This document shows positions 48,560 through 57,922 of a stretch of 64,000 nt of DNA, in pieces. The notes below the pieces were generated by a model. It worked only from the letters and a program-made list of their open reading frames with translations. It was not told the origin of the DNA and searched no databases. Each line of letters begins with the position of its first letter. Position 1 is the first letter of the stretch. The stretch spans positions 1 to 64,000 of the forward strand of contig JBLIRP010000007.1 in NCBI GenBank assembly GCA_049472355.1. The letters run 5' to 3'. The translations under genes and the position numbers were made by a program. The stretch is from a bacterium. GTDB lineage: Bacteria; SZUA-182; DTGQ01; JAFGSM01.

Positions 48560-49414
48560 ATGTCGGAAAGGGGAAAGAAAACAATACGCAAGGGTCTGAG
48601 GGAGAAACTCTCCCGGATGAAGAGGAGAATTGTAACTGTGCTCCTCTCTCCGGTTATCATCTTTAAAAGGCTCTGTTTCTGGATCGGTTTCGCGATCCTC
48701 CTCATTGCCGTGGGTATCGCTTTCATGGTGTTCCTCTTTTTTCATTCCCTGCCCGATATCGCGGGCATGGAATACAGGCAGGTGAGGCGTATGGCAAGGG
48801 AACGCGTCTATGAGAGGCTGGAGGATAAAAAAAAGATGTACCGGTGGGTGAACCTTGCGTCGGTCAATAGGGACCTCATCTATGCCGTTATCATGAGCGA
48901 GGATGCGGATTTTTTCCGTCACAGCGGCATCAACCTCGATGCATTGATCAACTCACTCGCGGAGAACATCAAGCGCAGGGAGTTTGCCTTCGGAGGGAGC
49001 ACCATCAGTCAGCAGACGGCCAGGAACATATTTTTGGACGACACCAAGAGCGTGATGAGAAAGCTGAAGGAGCTTTGCATAACCCGCAGGATGGAACGTA
49101 GGTTTACCAAGAACGAGATACTGGAGTTCTATCTCAACAGTGCCGAATTCGGTCCCGATATCTTCGGGGTAAATGCCGCGTCCCACTATTATTTCAGCAA
49201 ACCGCCTTCGGTGATCAATGCAGCGGAAGGTGCGTTCATGGCACTGATGCTGCCTTCACCGCGCAAGAACCACTACCGGCTTTACCTGAACAAAAACCTC
49301 TCCGGGCAATGGAAGAGAAAGCTCCGACGGGTATTACGGGATATGTGCACCAGCGGGTTCATCAGCGAGAAACAATACCGTTCCTATCTCAATTACCGCT
49401 ACTTTCCGGGCTGA
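48560..49414 (+). CDS. mtgA: Monofunctional peptidoglycan transglycosylase (GT51)
   Basis: SEDA.FF.H.G, GGSTISQQ.ARN, RKLKE, KNEILE.YLN. Confidence 0.88.
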   Translation: MSERGKKTIRKGLREKLSRMKRRIVTVLLSPVIIFKRLCFWIGFAILLIAVGIAFMVFLFFHSLPDIAGMEYRQVRRMARERVYERLEDKKKMYRWVNLASVNRDLIYAVIMSEDADFFRHSGINLDALINSLAENIKRREFAFGGSTISQQTARNIFLDDTKSVMRKLKELCITRRMERRFTKNEILEFYLNSAEFGPDIFGVNAASHYYFSKPPSVINAAEGAFMALMLPSPRKNHYRLYLNKNLSGQWKRKLRRVLRDMCTSGFISEKQYRSYLNYRYFPG

Positions 49415-49570
49415 ATACACCGCAGCCCCCGCAGGGTCGATTTCTTCAGGCATATTGGGTGGAGCCTGCCGTAGGGCGTTTGCTCATGCCGGGGGGTATC
49501 AGGTCCGAACGACGGTAAGGATCATCCCTGTTTGCGACTGCTGGTATAATGCTCGTGGTTCGAGAGGCGA

Positions 49571-50326
49571 TCAGTTCCGGGTGGAGGTCTCCATGAGGCG
49601 GAAAACGATGGGGACTTCTATACGAATGGACTCCTCCCGTATATCGGAGGGAAAGGGAGGGTAGGGATCCCCCGCTTTTACGTTTTCGATGGCCGCCTGG
49701 TCGAGCATGGCGTAGCTCGAACTTTCGGTCACCCTGATATCGCCGAGCCTCCCGTCCCTGAACAGGAGGAATCCCAGCCTCACCGAACCTTCGATTCCTT
49801 GCCTTTTTGCTGCCGGGGGGTACGTGCGGATTTCCTCGATGCGCTGGTAAATCAGGGCCAGATACGCCTCGATTTTTTCATTGAAGGAGGACCGTGATGA
49901 CAACACCGTGGGGATGCGAGGGATATGAACATCCCTGGCGCCGTGAATGATATCCTGGACAGTGGTGTTCGCATAGGGACGAGGAGGTGCGTGGCGCATC
50001 GGCTGTGCCGTCCGGATCACTGAAGGGGCGTGCCCGCTCTCGCGGATCTGCCGAGGGCGGGGAAGCGATGTCTGCGCAATCAAGGGTTTTGTTTTCGATG
50101 CGGGTGCCGCATGATCCTTCAGGGGGGGAGCTTTCGGTCGAGGGATATCCTGCGGGGTGGAAATCGCAGGGAGCATCACAAGATCGACCTTGATACAGTC
50201 TCTATGCACCGCTGGTGAGATCATCCGTCCGCATACGCCAAGAAAGACGCCATGGATGAGGAGGGAGGCAAGCACAGCGATCCGGATTGCAGTATTGGTT
50301 TGACGATTATGTCCCATATGAACCAT
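49571..50326 (-). CDS. tonB: TonB family energy transducer
   Basis: N-terminal TM with S...H motif, Pro-rich linker, YP..A...GIEG.V, SS....LDQAA. Confidence 0.85.
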   Translation of the reverse strand: MVHMGHNRQTNTAIRIAVLASLLIHGVFLGVCGRMISPAVHRDCIKVDLVMLPAISTPQDIPRPKAPPLKDHAAPASKTKPLIAQTSLPRPRQIRESGHAPSVIRTAQPMRHAPPRPYANTTVQDIIHGARDVHIPRIPTVLSSRSSFNEKIEAYLALIYQRIEEIRTYPPAAKRQGIEGSVRLGFLLFRDGRLGDIRVTESSSYAMLDQAAIENVKAGDPYPPFPSDIREESIRIEVPIVFRLMETSTRN

Positions 50327-50339
50327 CCCCCTGAGTCAT

Positions 50340-51542
50340 TCACGGCATCATGGAGTAATACTCCATCCGGCTGCCATGGCCGGCGCCCTCCTTGTGCAGT
50401 ATGTTTCCGTTTGCATCGTAGTGCTCCCACACATCCGGTTTCCCGTTTCCCGTCGTATCCTGCGCTATGCCGGAGATTGCCCCGTCTCGATAGTCGATCC
50501 ACATGTCCACTCTCCCATCCGCATCCCTGTCCATTCGGCATTTCCTGACCATGCCTGCCTCGTAGTCACACCAGCAGTCCTTTGTCCCGTCCGCATTCTC
50601 GTCAGTGATGCCCTGCCGTATCGCCCCCGCATCATCGTAGAAGAACTCCACATCAGGGACCCCGTCCCCGTTTTCATCCCTGGTTTCCCGGATCACTATC
50701 CCTCCCTGAAAAAAGGAGGTGCGGTCAAACCTTCCATCCGCGTCGGTATCCTTGTCCGCTTTTAGCATTGTGCCGTTGCGGTATTCCTGGATTTCATCGA
50801 TCCTTCCGTCATAATCCGCGTCCAGTTTTTGTTCCTTCACCAGGCCGTTTTGATCAAAGAAGAGCCAGGTGTCCACTTCCCTGTCTCCGTTTGCATCCCT
50901 TTCCTGCCGGGCATGATTCCCGTCGATATAATAGTCCCAGACATCAATCACCCCATTCCGATCCTTGTCCTTGCGGACCTCGGCGAGGATTCCTTCGGCA
51001 AACACCATGACGAGATCCATATTCCCGTCAAGGTCCGTATCCCGTTCCTCCTGTTCCACCCTTTCTGCGTCGTCGAGGAGTATCCGGACATCCGGTTGCC
51101 CGTCATGATTCTCGTCGAGCTGGGTCTTGAAAACCTTGTCTTCCGCATTCAGATAGACCCACTGGTCGACGTTTCCATCCCGGTTTCTGTCCTTTTCCTG
51201 CCGGCAATGCCTGTCTCCATCGAAGAAATCCCAGGTGTCCGGAATCCCGTCTGCATTGGTATCCCGGGTGACCAGCACCGGCTTCTCTCCCTGGAAGTGC
51301 TGCCATGTATCCACGTTGCCGTCGAAGTCGGCATCCATCTCCACCCTTTCCAGATGTCCCCCCGGGGAATAGTGTCCCCATAGGTCCGGTGCTCCGTCCC
51401 GGTTCGTGTCCTCCGTGTAGCGGGGTTCGTTACCGACCCTGCCGGAGGGGGCGGGGAAAAGAGGGGATTCGGCGAGCAGAAGAATCAACACGACGACAGT
51501 GATCCCGCTCATGGTTTTTCCTGGCCTTATGTCCATATGCAC
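50340..51542 (-). CDS. Secreted protein with 14 Dx[DN]xDG-like Ca-binding repeats
   Basis: Signal peptide, then ~22-23-aa units with a D.[DN].DG..D.W consensus. Confidence 0.8.
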   Translation of the reverse strand: MHMDIRPGKTMSGITVVVLILLLAESPLFPAPSGRVGNEPRYTEDTNRDGAPDLWGHYSPGGHLERVEMDADFDGNVDTWQHFQGEKPVLVTRDTNADGIPDTWDFFDGDRHCRQEKDRNRDGNVDQWVYLNAEDKVFKTQLDENHDGQPDVRILLDDAERVEQEERDTDLDGNMDLVMVFAEGILAEVRKDKDRNGVIDVWDYYIDGNHARQERDANGDREVDTWLFFDQNGLVKEQKLDADYDGRIDEIQEYRNGTMLKADKDTDADGRFDRTSFFQGGIVIRETRDENGDGVPDVEFFYDDAGAIRQGITDENADGTKDCWCDYEAGMVRKCRMDRDADGRVDMWIDYRDGAISGIAQDTTGNGKPDVWEHYDANGNILHKEGAGHGSRMEYYSMMP

Positions 51543-51610
51543 CTGCCTCCTGCAAGCATATGCCAGTATACCCTTTTGCGGGCGCCAAGGAAAGTGATGG
51601 TTTTGGTTTC

Positions 51611-52216
51611 TCAGGGAGTGTCGGGGATCGGGGAGATGAGGATCCTGCTGGTCCCCATGGTTGAATGGCGTATGAGGTGTGCGATAAGGATGGTGCCCTT
51701 GTTTTTCAACACCCTGGTCATCTCGAGGAGGGCCTTCCGTTTATCGGGAAGATTGGGAAAGACCGCAAAGCAGATGATCAGGTCGCAGAAATCATCCGGG
51801 AGGGGGATGTGCTCGATGTCGGCCTGAATGCAGAGGAGGGGAACCTTTGTCTTCTTTTTTTTTACCCTTTTCAGGGCATTGTAGGAGCGATCCATGGCGA
51901 ATATTCTGCCGTCCCTTCCCACCTTCCGTTTGAGCAGGGGGGGAAGAATTTCCGTTTTTGTGCCGATGTTCAGGACACATGAGCCCCTTTTGACGGTAAA
52001 TCTGGACACCAGATTGCAGGTGCGCTCCATGACCTCTTCCGGGTACCACGCCGCTTCCAGGATCTCGGCATGTTTTCCGTTTATGATATCCGTTTTGCTC
52101 AATGTGTATGCTCTCTTCAAAGGGATCAAGAGACGTCTTATCCCGTCTTTTTCCCGGATGTGCGCCAACGCCCGCCATCTAAAGACAGCACGGGATTCGG
52201 ATATACCACCTATCAT
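51611..52216 (-). CDS. Class I SAM-dependent methyltransferase-like protein with degenerate motif I (possibly inactive)
   Basis: AD.E.IPLPD...DLI.C...FP and EM.RVLK..G present, but motif I reads VLNIGTKTE. Confidence 0.7.
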   Translation of the reverse strand: MIGGISESRAVFRWRALAHIREKDGIRRLLIPLKRAYTLSKTDIINGKHAEILEAAWYPEEVMERTCNLVSRFTVKRGSCVLNIGTKTEILPPLLKRKVGRDGRIFAMDRSYNALKRVKKKKTKVPLLCIQADIEHIPLPDDFCDLIICFAVFPNLPDKRKALLEMTRVLKNKGTILIAHLIRHSTMGTSRILISPIPDTP

Positions 52217-52368
52217 GATATTCGTCTAAAAGGGCGCAAAGCTTCATGTTTCCGGGACATAAGCCAGGGGAATTTGTCTCGTGGCAGCCATGCCCTTATA
52301 ATTACCACAAGGTTTTTTTACTATTCTCTCGGATTGCAGGTTTTCGAACGATCCGGTCCGAATGAGGA

Positions 52369-52590
52369 ATGGTCGTGAAAAGATTGGTCATTGTATTCGG
52401 CGTTATCCTGGCGGTTTCCGCACTGATCGTCTATTACTGGAGGGGATATTTTTCGGGTTCTCCCCGGCGCGCCGCGCCGCACTTCTCGATCCCATCCAGG
52501 CATTGCGGTATGAATGAGCCGGAGTTATCCCCCTGTCACCACTTCCGTAGTGAGAAGTATGGTGCAGACGTCTGTTGCGGCCTTGTATGA
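52369..52590 (+). CDS. Possible small single-TM protein
   Basis: 73-aa ORF with a hydrophobic N-terminal helix, filling the gap between two genes; weak support. Confidence 0.3.
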   Translation: MVVKRLVIVFGVILAVSALIVYYWRGYFSGSPRRAAPHFSIPSRHCGMNEPELSPCHHFRSEKYGADVCCGLV

Positions 52591-52598
52591 ACGATACA

Positions 52599-53837
52599 CT
52601 ACCAGCCGAGTCCGGGAATCCCTCCATAGCTGATGCCTCCGGCGCTGATAAAGCCACCCTCCACGGCGCCGCCTCCTCCAAGACCAAAGGCCGCACCGGG
52701 ACCGATGCCTGCGCCGAACAGGGGCCCTCCGCCCATGAGGAAGCCGCCACCCATCAAGCCCAAGCCGCCGCCGAACAGGCCCAAGCCGCCGCCGAACAAG
52801 CCCACGCCGCCGCCGAACAAGCCCACGCCGCCGCCGAACAAGCCCACGCCGCCGCCGAACGGCATGAAGAGCCCTCCAGCCGCTGACAAATCGCCCGTGC
52901 CTTCAAACACTCCACCTACGGGAACCATGGCACCCAGACCGAACAGACCCAGGAGGCCGGCGCCCGCTGCAGCGGACTCGGGAAGCTCGTTCACCATGGC
53001 ATAGCCGGTGGCAATGCCGGGGCCCGTTACCGTGCCTGTTTCCACGTTGCTGACATCTGCGCCGAAGTACCAACTGGTGGGATTTGCCTCGTTATAGTAA
53101 GCGAAATTCGGAACGAATGCCATCCCTTCCTTGGTGTATGCATAGTCCCACCCCCATGCATTGTTCATGGCGGAGGCTTCTTCCCCATAGGTCTCCAGTG
53201 CCATCACACCCCTGAGGTGGTTGCTCACTCCCATCAAGTCGATGGGCATGGGGAGGCCGAAGGATGCGTGAGATACACTCGTGCCGCTCCCGGTAACCGG
53301 CAGGATACCCATTGCACCGGCGCCCTGTGCCGTATTGACGGATGTGCCGTAGTAAAACCAGGGCATGCTGATCTCCCTGCTCAGGTGGGTGGCAGAGCCC
53401 AGGGGGGTGGAGACCACAGAGGTGTCGGAGCTGAACCCCCCGTACGGTGAGGCCACCTTGTTGTACTGCCCGGTTGCCACAGTGACGGGATCAGCGTAAT
53501 AGGCGCTTCCCTTCTGGTAATTCATCCCCAGGATATCGCTGTACATCATTGACTGGGAACCGGCCTGGCTGATGATATCGGCGTACGAGGACACGGATGT
53601 GGCCTGGGTGGAAAAGGGGGTGGTTAACGTTCGCTCATCAAAGGTATAGCGACTCAAAAGGTCGAAATATGAGCCCGAATTCTGCGTGGTGACGCCGAAT
53701 GGATTCGCGGATACCACGGAAACACTGGAGCCGAGTGAAGGAAGTTGTGCCTGCACCGGGGCTGCGATAAGGCTCAGCACACAGAACGATGCAAGCACGG
53801 CAAAGACCGCACGCTCCAAATACCCTTCCTTGAGCAT
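52599..53837 (-). CDS. Secreted Ser/Thr/Tyr-rich protein with a C-terminal FGGG(V/L)GL repeat tail
   Basis: AGGAG SD, start MLKEG, signal peptide VQA|Q, 21-bp tandem repeats at about 52755-52865. Confidence 0.82.
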   Translation of the reverse strand: MLKEGYLERAVFAVLASFCVLSLIAAPVQAQLPSLGSSVSVVSANPFGVTTQNSGSYFDLLSRYTFDERTLTTPFSTQATSVSSYADIISQAGSQSMMYSDILGMNYQKGSAYYADPVTVATGQYNKVASPYGGFSSDTSVVSTPLGSATHLSREISMPWFYYGTSVNTAQGAGAMGILPVTGSGTSVSHASFGLPMPIDLMGVSNHLRGVMALETYGEEASAMNNAWGWDYAYTKEGMAFVPNFAYYNEANPTSWYFGADVSNVETGTVTGPGIATGYAMVNELPESAAAGAGLLGLFGLGAMVPVGGVFEGTGDLSAAGGLFMPFGGGVGLFGGGVGLFGGGVGLFGGGLGLFGGGLGLMGGGFLMGGGPLFGAGIGPGAAFGLGGGGAVEGGFISAGGISYGGIPGLGW

Positions 53838-54136
53838 GATACATCCTCTCCTTTCTGCAATGAATATACAATGTTCAGCAGTGGTCATATCGTTTCTCAC
53901 CGGGGACATCGCATGGTCGTCGGGCGATCATGAGCCGATTGGTTGGCCATAATAGTATACATTATATAATATAGCACATTTATTATTTTTTATAAATAGC
54001 GGTGGGACTTCCCCGGCACTTCGGATTTTGACATGCACCCGGCCTGATGATTAAAAACGGGAATTGCTGCACCCTCTCACCCGCCGAGGAATGATGTCAC
54101 GCCGGAGGGGTCAGTTCGTAGTCGGACTTCGAAGGG

Positions 54137-55543
54137 CTACCGGTACACGGTGATATCCATGGATTTTTTTGCAAAGGTGTACTGGTGAAAGTGATCCAGG
54201 TAGAAGTTCCCCTTGTCCTCGAAGGGATACCAGACAAGCTCCCGCTTCGTGACCACGAGGGTGTGATCATTATAAAAATTCAACGCCTTTGGATCCTGCC
54301 TTCCCACAACGGCAAAGAGGATGACATCGAGCATCTCCTCCGCCTCGCTCAACGGAAGCGAGGCATTGAATATCTGCGTGTGAGGGAAGGGACCGGCTGG
54401 GGCGACGGGCAGGAGCCTTTGATGACGGTTGATGGTGGCGGCGAGCTTGAGGAGCGCCCGGGCATTCCGGGTAACCAGCGCGGGGACGTATAACCGGATC
54501 GGCCGGCTCGGGTCTTCATTCCTGAGCATGAATCTCCCCATCTTCATTAGGCCGCTGAGGTCCTGGATGGTCTTCAATGAGAGGTTCGCGGCCTTTGAGT
54601 TTGCCTGTACCTCGAAGCGCCAGAAGGGGAGGTATACGGTGCCTGTTTGGGTCCGGGCATTCAGAAGGGTTACGGGGATCGAATGATAATCCCCGTCCTT
54701 GAGGAGCCAGAGGCGGCCGCACATGGCGCAGTAAAAAATGATGTCGAAATCCCCGGCGGGCAGATCATGCCCGCAGTTCTTGCACCGGTGGGAGAGGAGG
54801 TTGATTGTATAGGGATGCCCTCCTGTCTCTTCCTTGACGGAATCCGCGTTTCCCCGCACATCCTCGATCAGGCTTCTGCCTATCCCGTCGATCAGGAAGG
54901 TGCGGGGACCTGTCGGCCCGGTGCACGCGACCCGCATCACCGGATAATAGATCAGGAAGAGATGCTCCCCGATGAGGTGCAATCGCTTGTACACGGCCTG
55001 ACCTGCCTCACACAACAGATTCGTCTCGGCAACCTTTGCCGCCTGGGTGTATGCGGCGTCCCGATCGACCGATGCCGGGAGCACGGTCCCCTTGCCCTTG
55101 AGTGCCGCGCTGTCATAGGGCTCGATGGCCAGCACCTCCGTTCTGACGCTCAGGGAATTGAACGTGCCGGCGAAATCCGGGCAGGCCTGGAAGGAATAAT
55201 ACCATGTCTTGCCGATGGTATCGTTTTCCCCCTTTGTGGTGTATGTGAGATAGAGCATTCCCTTGAAATACCAGAAGGGCTTGTACACGGTGGTGATCCG
55301 GTCTATGGAGAAGACCCCGGGCATGCCTTTCCCTCTGCCCATCAGGGCCTTTCGTATGATGCACTGTATGTCGTGGTTGCTCGGGGTGCGGGGCTGGATG
55401 ATGTATTTGAGGATGTTCCCTCCCTGCTTGATGCGCAGCACGGAGCCGCAATAGGTGCAGGTAAAGGCATAGGCGCCTTCAGGGAAACGGATGGGACCGC
55501 CGCATTCGGGGCATTTTACGGTGACGACGAACGGTGAGCGCAT
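54137..55543 (-). CDS. Zinc-ribbon protein (YdjG-like)
   Basis: CPECGG...CTYCG at the N-terminus, internal CKNCG...CAMCG, Y.PFW motifs twice. Confidence 0.75.
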   Translation of the reverse strand: MRSPFVVTVKCPECGGPIRFPEGAYAFTCTYCGSVLRIKQGGNILKYIIQPRTPSNHDIQCIIRKALMGRGKGMPGVFSIDRITTVYKPFWYFKGMLYLTYTTKGENDTIGKTWYYSFQACPDFAGTFNSLSVRTEVLAIEPYDSAALKGKGTVLPASVDRDAAYTQAAKVAETNLLCEAGQAVYKRLHLIGEHLFLIYYPVMRVACTGPTGPRTFLIDGIGRSLIEDVRGNADSVKEETGGHPYTINLLSHRCKNCGHDLPAGDFDIIFYCAMCGRLWLLKDGDYHSIPVTLLNARTQTGTVYLPFWRFEVQANSKAANLSLKTIQDLSGLMKMGRFMLRNEDPSRPIRLYVPALVTRNARALLKLAATINRHQRLLPVAPAGPFPHTQIFNASLPLSEAEEMLDVILFAVVGRQDPKALNFYNDHTLVVTKRELVWYPFEDKGNFYLDHFHQYTFAKKSMDITVYR

Positions 55544-55560
55544 GCATCATCACTCGTGGT

Positions 55561-56673
55561 TTATTCGATCTTCTGCCCGCAGTTTGGGCAGAATTTCGTC
55601 CCCGGAGGCAGGTCAAGCTTGCAGGTGGCGCATTTTGGCTTCGTTTTTAGATTCTGTCCGCAGTTCATACAGAATGTGGCGTGCACCGGCACCACCTTCG
55701 AACAGTTGGGGCACACGCTGGAGCGCACCATCTGATGGCCGCACCGGTAGCAGAAACGGCTGTTTTCAGGGGTGTAGGCCAGACATTCGGGGCACTGGAC
55801 GGTGGGGATCGAACCGCCGGCAAGGTCTTTTTGCTCGGATGAGAACGCCTTGCTCATGTACCCCGGCATCAGCATCCCCACCCCGAGCCCGATGCCCGCT
55901 CCGGCGCCTGCCGTGCCTGCACCACCCTGGGCGTCCATGGATTTCGCCAGCTTGAATTTGAGGAACTGGTCCAGGTTTTTCACCGCACCCATGCCGCTTC
56001 GCTCGTCGATCATCCGCTGCACCTCTTCAGGAGGGGTCATGGAGGTGATATAGAAATCGAGAAGCTCGATCCCATACTTACCGAATTCCTCCAGGAGCCT
56101 TTGCCTCAATTCAGTGCCGAGTTCCTCATAGTGTTTGGGGAGATCCAGGATGGTCTTCAGTTTTTCCCCCATCAGGTCGTTCAACCTGCATACGATGATA
56201 TTGCGCAGGTACTCCTCGATCTGGGAGGTGGTGTAGGTTGCCTCCCTGCCCACGAGCTGATTGATGAAGAGGAGGGGTTCGGTGATGCGGCAACTGTATA
56301 CCCCGTATCCGCGCAAGCGGATCAGCCCGAGTTCACTGTCACGGAAAGCGACCGGTTCCCGCGTTCCCCACTTCAGGTCGATAAAGGTCTTGTGGTTGAT
56401 GAAATAGGCCTCTGCCTTGAATATGCTCTCGAATCCCCAGGGGGCGCTGAAGAGCTTTGTAATGATCGGCAGGTTGAAGGTGGAAAGGGTATGACGTCCG
56501 GGACCGAAGGAATCGCATGCCTTGCCGTCCCGGTAGAACACGGCGGACTGTGTCTCCCTCACCACAAGTTGGGCGCCCAGCTTGATATCCGCCGATCCCG
56601 CCTCGGGATATCGATAGATCATCTCGGTGGGGGATGGATCGGGCCATTCAATAACCTCCATCATTATAGCCAT
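55561..56673 (-). CDS. SPFH-domain protein (YdjI-like) with C-terminal zinc ribbons
   Basis: QLVVRE.Q.AVF...G, PGRHTL.T.NLP, KWGT..P, and three CxxC...FCxxCG double zinc ribbons. Confidence 0.88.
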   Translation of the reverse strand: MAIMMEVIEWPDPSPTEMIYRYPEAGSADIKLGAQLVVRETQSAVFYRDGKACDSFGPGRHTLSTFNLPIITKLFSAPWGFESIFKAEAYFINHKTFIDLKWGTREPVAFRDSELGLIRLRGYGVYSCRITEPLLFINQLVGREATYTTSQIEEYLRNIIVCRLNDLMGEKLKTILDLPKHYEELGTELRQRLLEEFGKYGIELLDFYITSMTPPEEVQRMIDERSGMGAVKNLDQFLKFKLAKSMDAQGGAGTAGAGAGIGLGVGMLMPGYMSKAFSSEQKDLAGGSIPTVQCPECLAYTPENSRFCYRCGHQMVRSSVCPNCSKVVPVHATFCMNCGQNLKTKPKCATCKLDLPPGTKFCPNCGQKIE

Positions 56674-57288
56674 GGTATGCGTCTCCCTGTTTATGTTTCA
56701 ATATGTTTTATATGTTATGGTACAGCCGATACTTATTGTTCGGATGATTGGGCCTTTACATTCAAGAATTTCGTACCATGGATTTCCATTGCCTGTCGCA
56801 TGGCATCGATCAATCGCGACCAACAACGGGCACTTCATTTCCGCCAAGGACCGTAATGAATAGACTCCGCAGCCGGTCTTAACAATTTGAGGGACTCTTC
56901 ACCATTAACCACGGGGGGATGACACGTTCGATCATGGCCCCCTTCATATCGTTCTCTTTGATTTTTATTGCCATCATGGTAAAATATAAACAACAAATCA
57001 TACGAGAATATTCTTTTGGCCATCATTTCCATGCGTTACAGCTATTCCGCTTATTGCAGTTATGCCTTAACGTCACCATCGCATGGTGCAGCATCGATAT
57101 TAAAAACAGGGTAAAGACCAAAAGAGGGGGGTGAGAGAGAGGTTCTTGAGGTCAGTGTTCTCCTTCCAATAATTCAACTCAATTTTTTTGCCTATAAGGA
57201 GGGAAAAACGACGAGCACAAGGAATGTCTTAAGGCCGATCTTGTCTATGCTTGGTAATGAATGACACCATGTATCAGGAGGTGCTGAG

Positions 57289-57855
57289 ATGCGTGTAAGG
57301 AAAGGATTATTCTACTGGATATTCAGCGGCCTGTTGGTAGGTATGGCCCTTTGTCTGATCGCCGCCCCTGCTGCTCAGGCCCAGAACTGGCAGGCGATTC
57401 CGCCGTATAATCTGCTGTGGCCCCTCTGGTCTCCCATGCTGTCCCCTCCCAATCCCGTGACCGGCGTGCCGACCCCGCTGCTCAGTTCCGTAACCAAAAA
57501 TACGTTTCTTCCCATAGAGCCCATCATGCTCTGGGATCCCGTGCTGCGGGGATATCCTTACGTACTCTATAATATCCCGCAACCCCTTGGCGGGGGCATG
57601 GTCTTCTTCGATCAATACTTCGGGCTCAATCCCTGGCCGCCGCGCTACCTCATCGACCCCATCACCGGCCTTCCGGATCCCATCACCCTTCCCACGGGGT
57701 ATGCGACGCTGTCACCGACGCCGCTCGATCCCTTTGCCGATTTTCTCACGATTGCCAACCTGTATTACCTGGCTCAATATCCGCCCGGCTTGTTTTCCAC
57801 CGGGGTTTCGGGCCTGCTGACAACGGCCGAGATATGGGGCCTGCCGCCCCTTTAA
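57289..57855 (+). CDS. Secreted Pro-rich protein, PPYNLLWPLWSP family, paralog 1
   Basis: AGGAGG-N7-ATG, 31-aa signal peptide (AQA|Q), aligns along its length with the next three ORFs. Confidence 0.9.
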   Translation: MRVRKGLFYWIFSGLLVGMALCLIAAPAAQAQNWQAIPPYNLLWPLWSPMLSPPNPVTGVPTPLLSSVTKNTFLPIEPIMLWDPVLRGYPYVLYNIPQPLGGGMVFFDQYFGLNPWPPRYLIDPITGLPDPITLPTGYATLSPTPLDPFADFLTIANLYYLAQYPPGLFSTGVSGLLTTAEIWGLPPL

Positions 57856-57922
57856 CCACATGGACACCAGGAATATGTATTCGAATTTCGTTTGAGTATT
57901 TGATTGATAAGGAGGATGTGAG

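Noticed and set aside
51551..51565. Sigma54-like site upstream of the Ca-repeat gene
   Set aside because: GG-to-GC spacing is 9 rather than 10, and it sits too close to the start codon.
52575..53004. Plus-strand ORFs with AEQAHAA and PPPNKPT repeats
   Set aside because: Antisense shadows of the FGGGVGL repeats of the minus-strand gene, which has an SD and a signal peptide.
56674..57288. Sigma54 promoter for the paralog array
   Set aside because: No TGG-N10-GC match found by eye on the plus strand, so direct sigma54 control of the array is unsupported.
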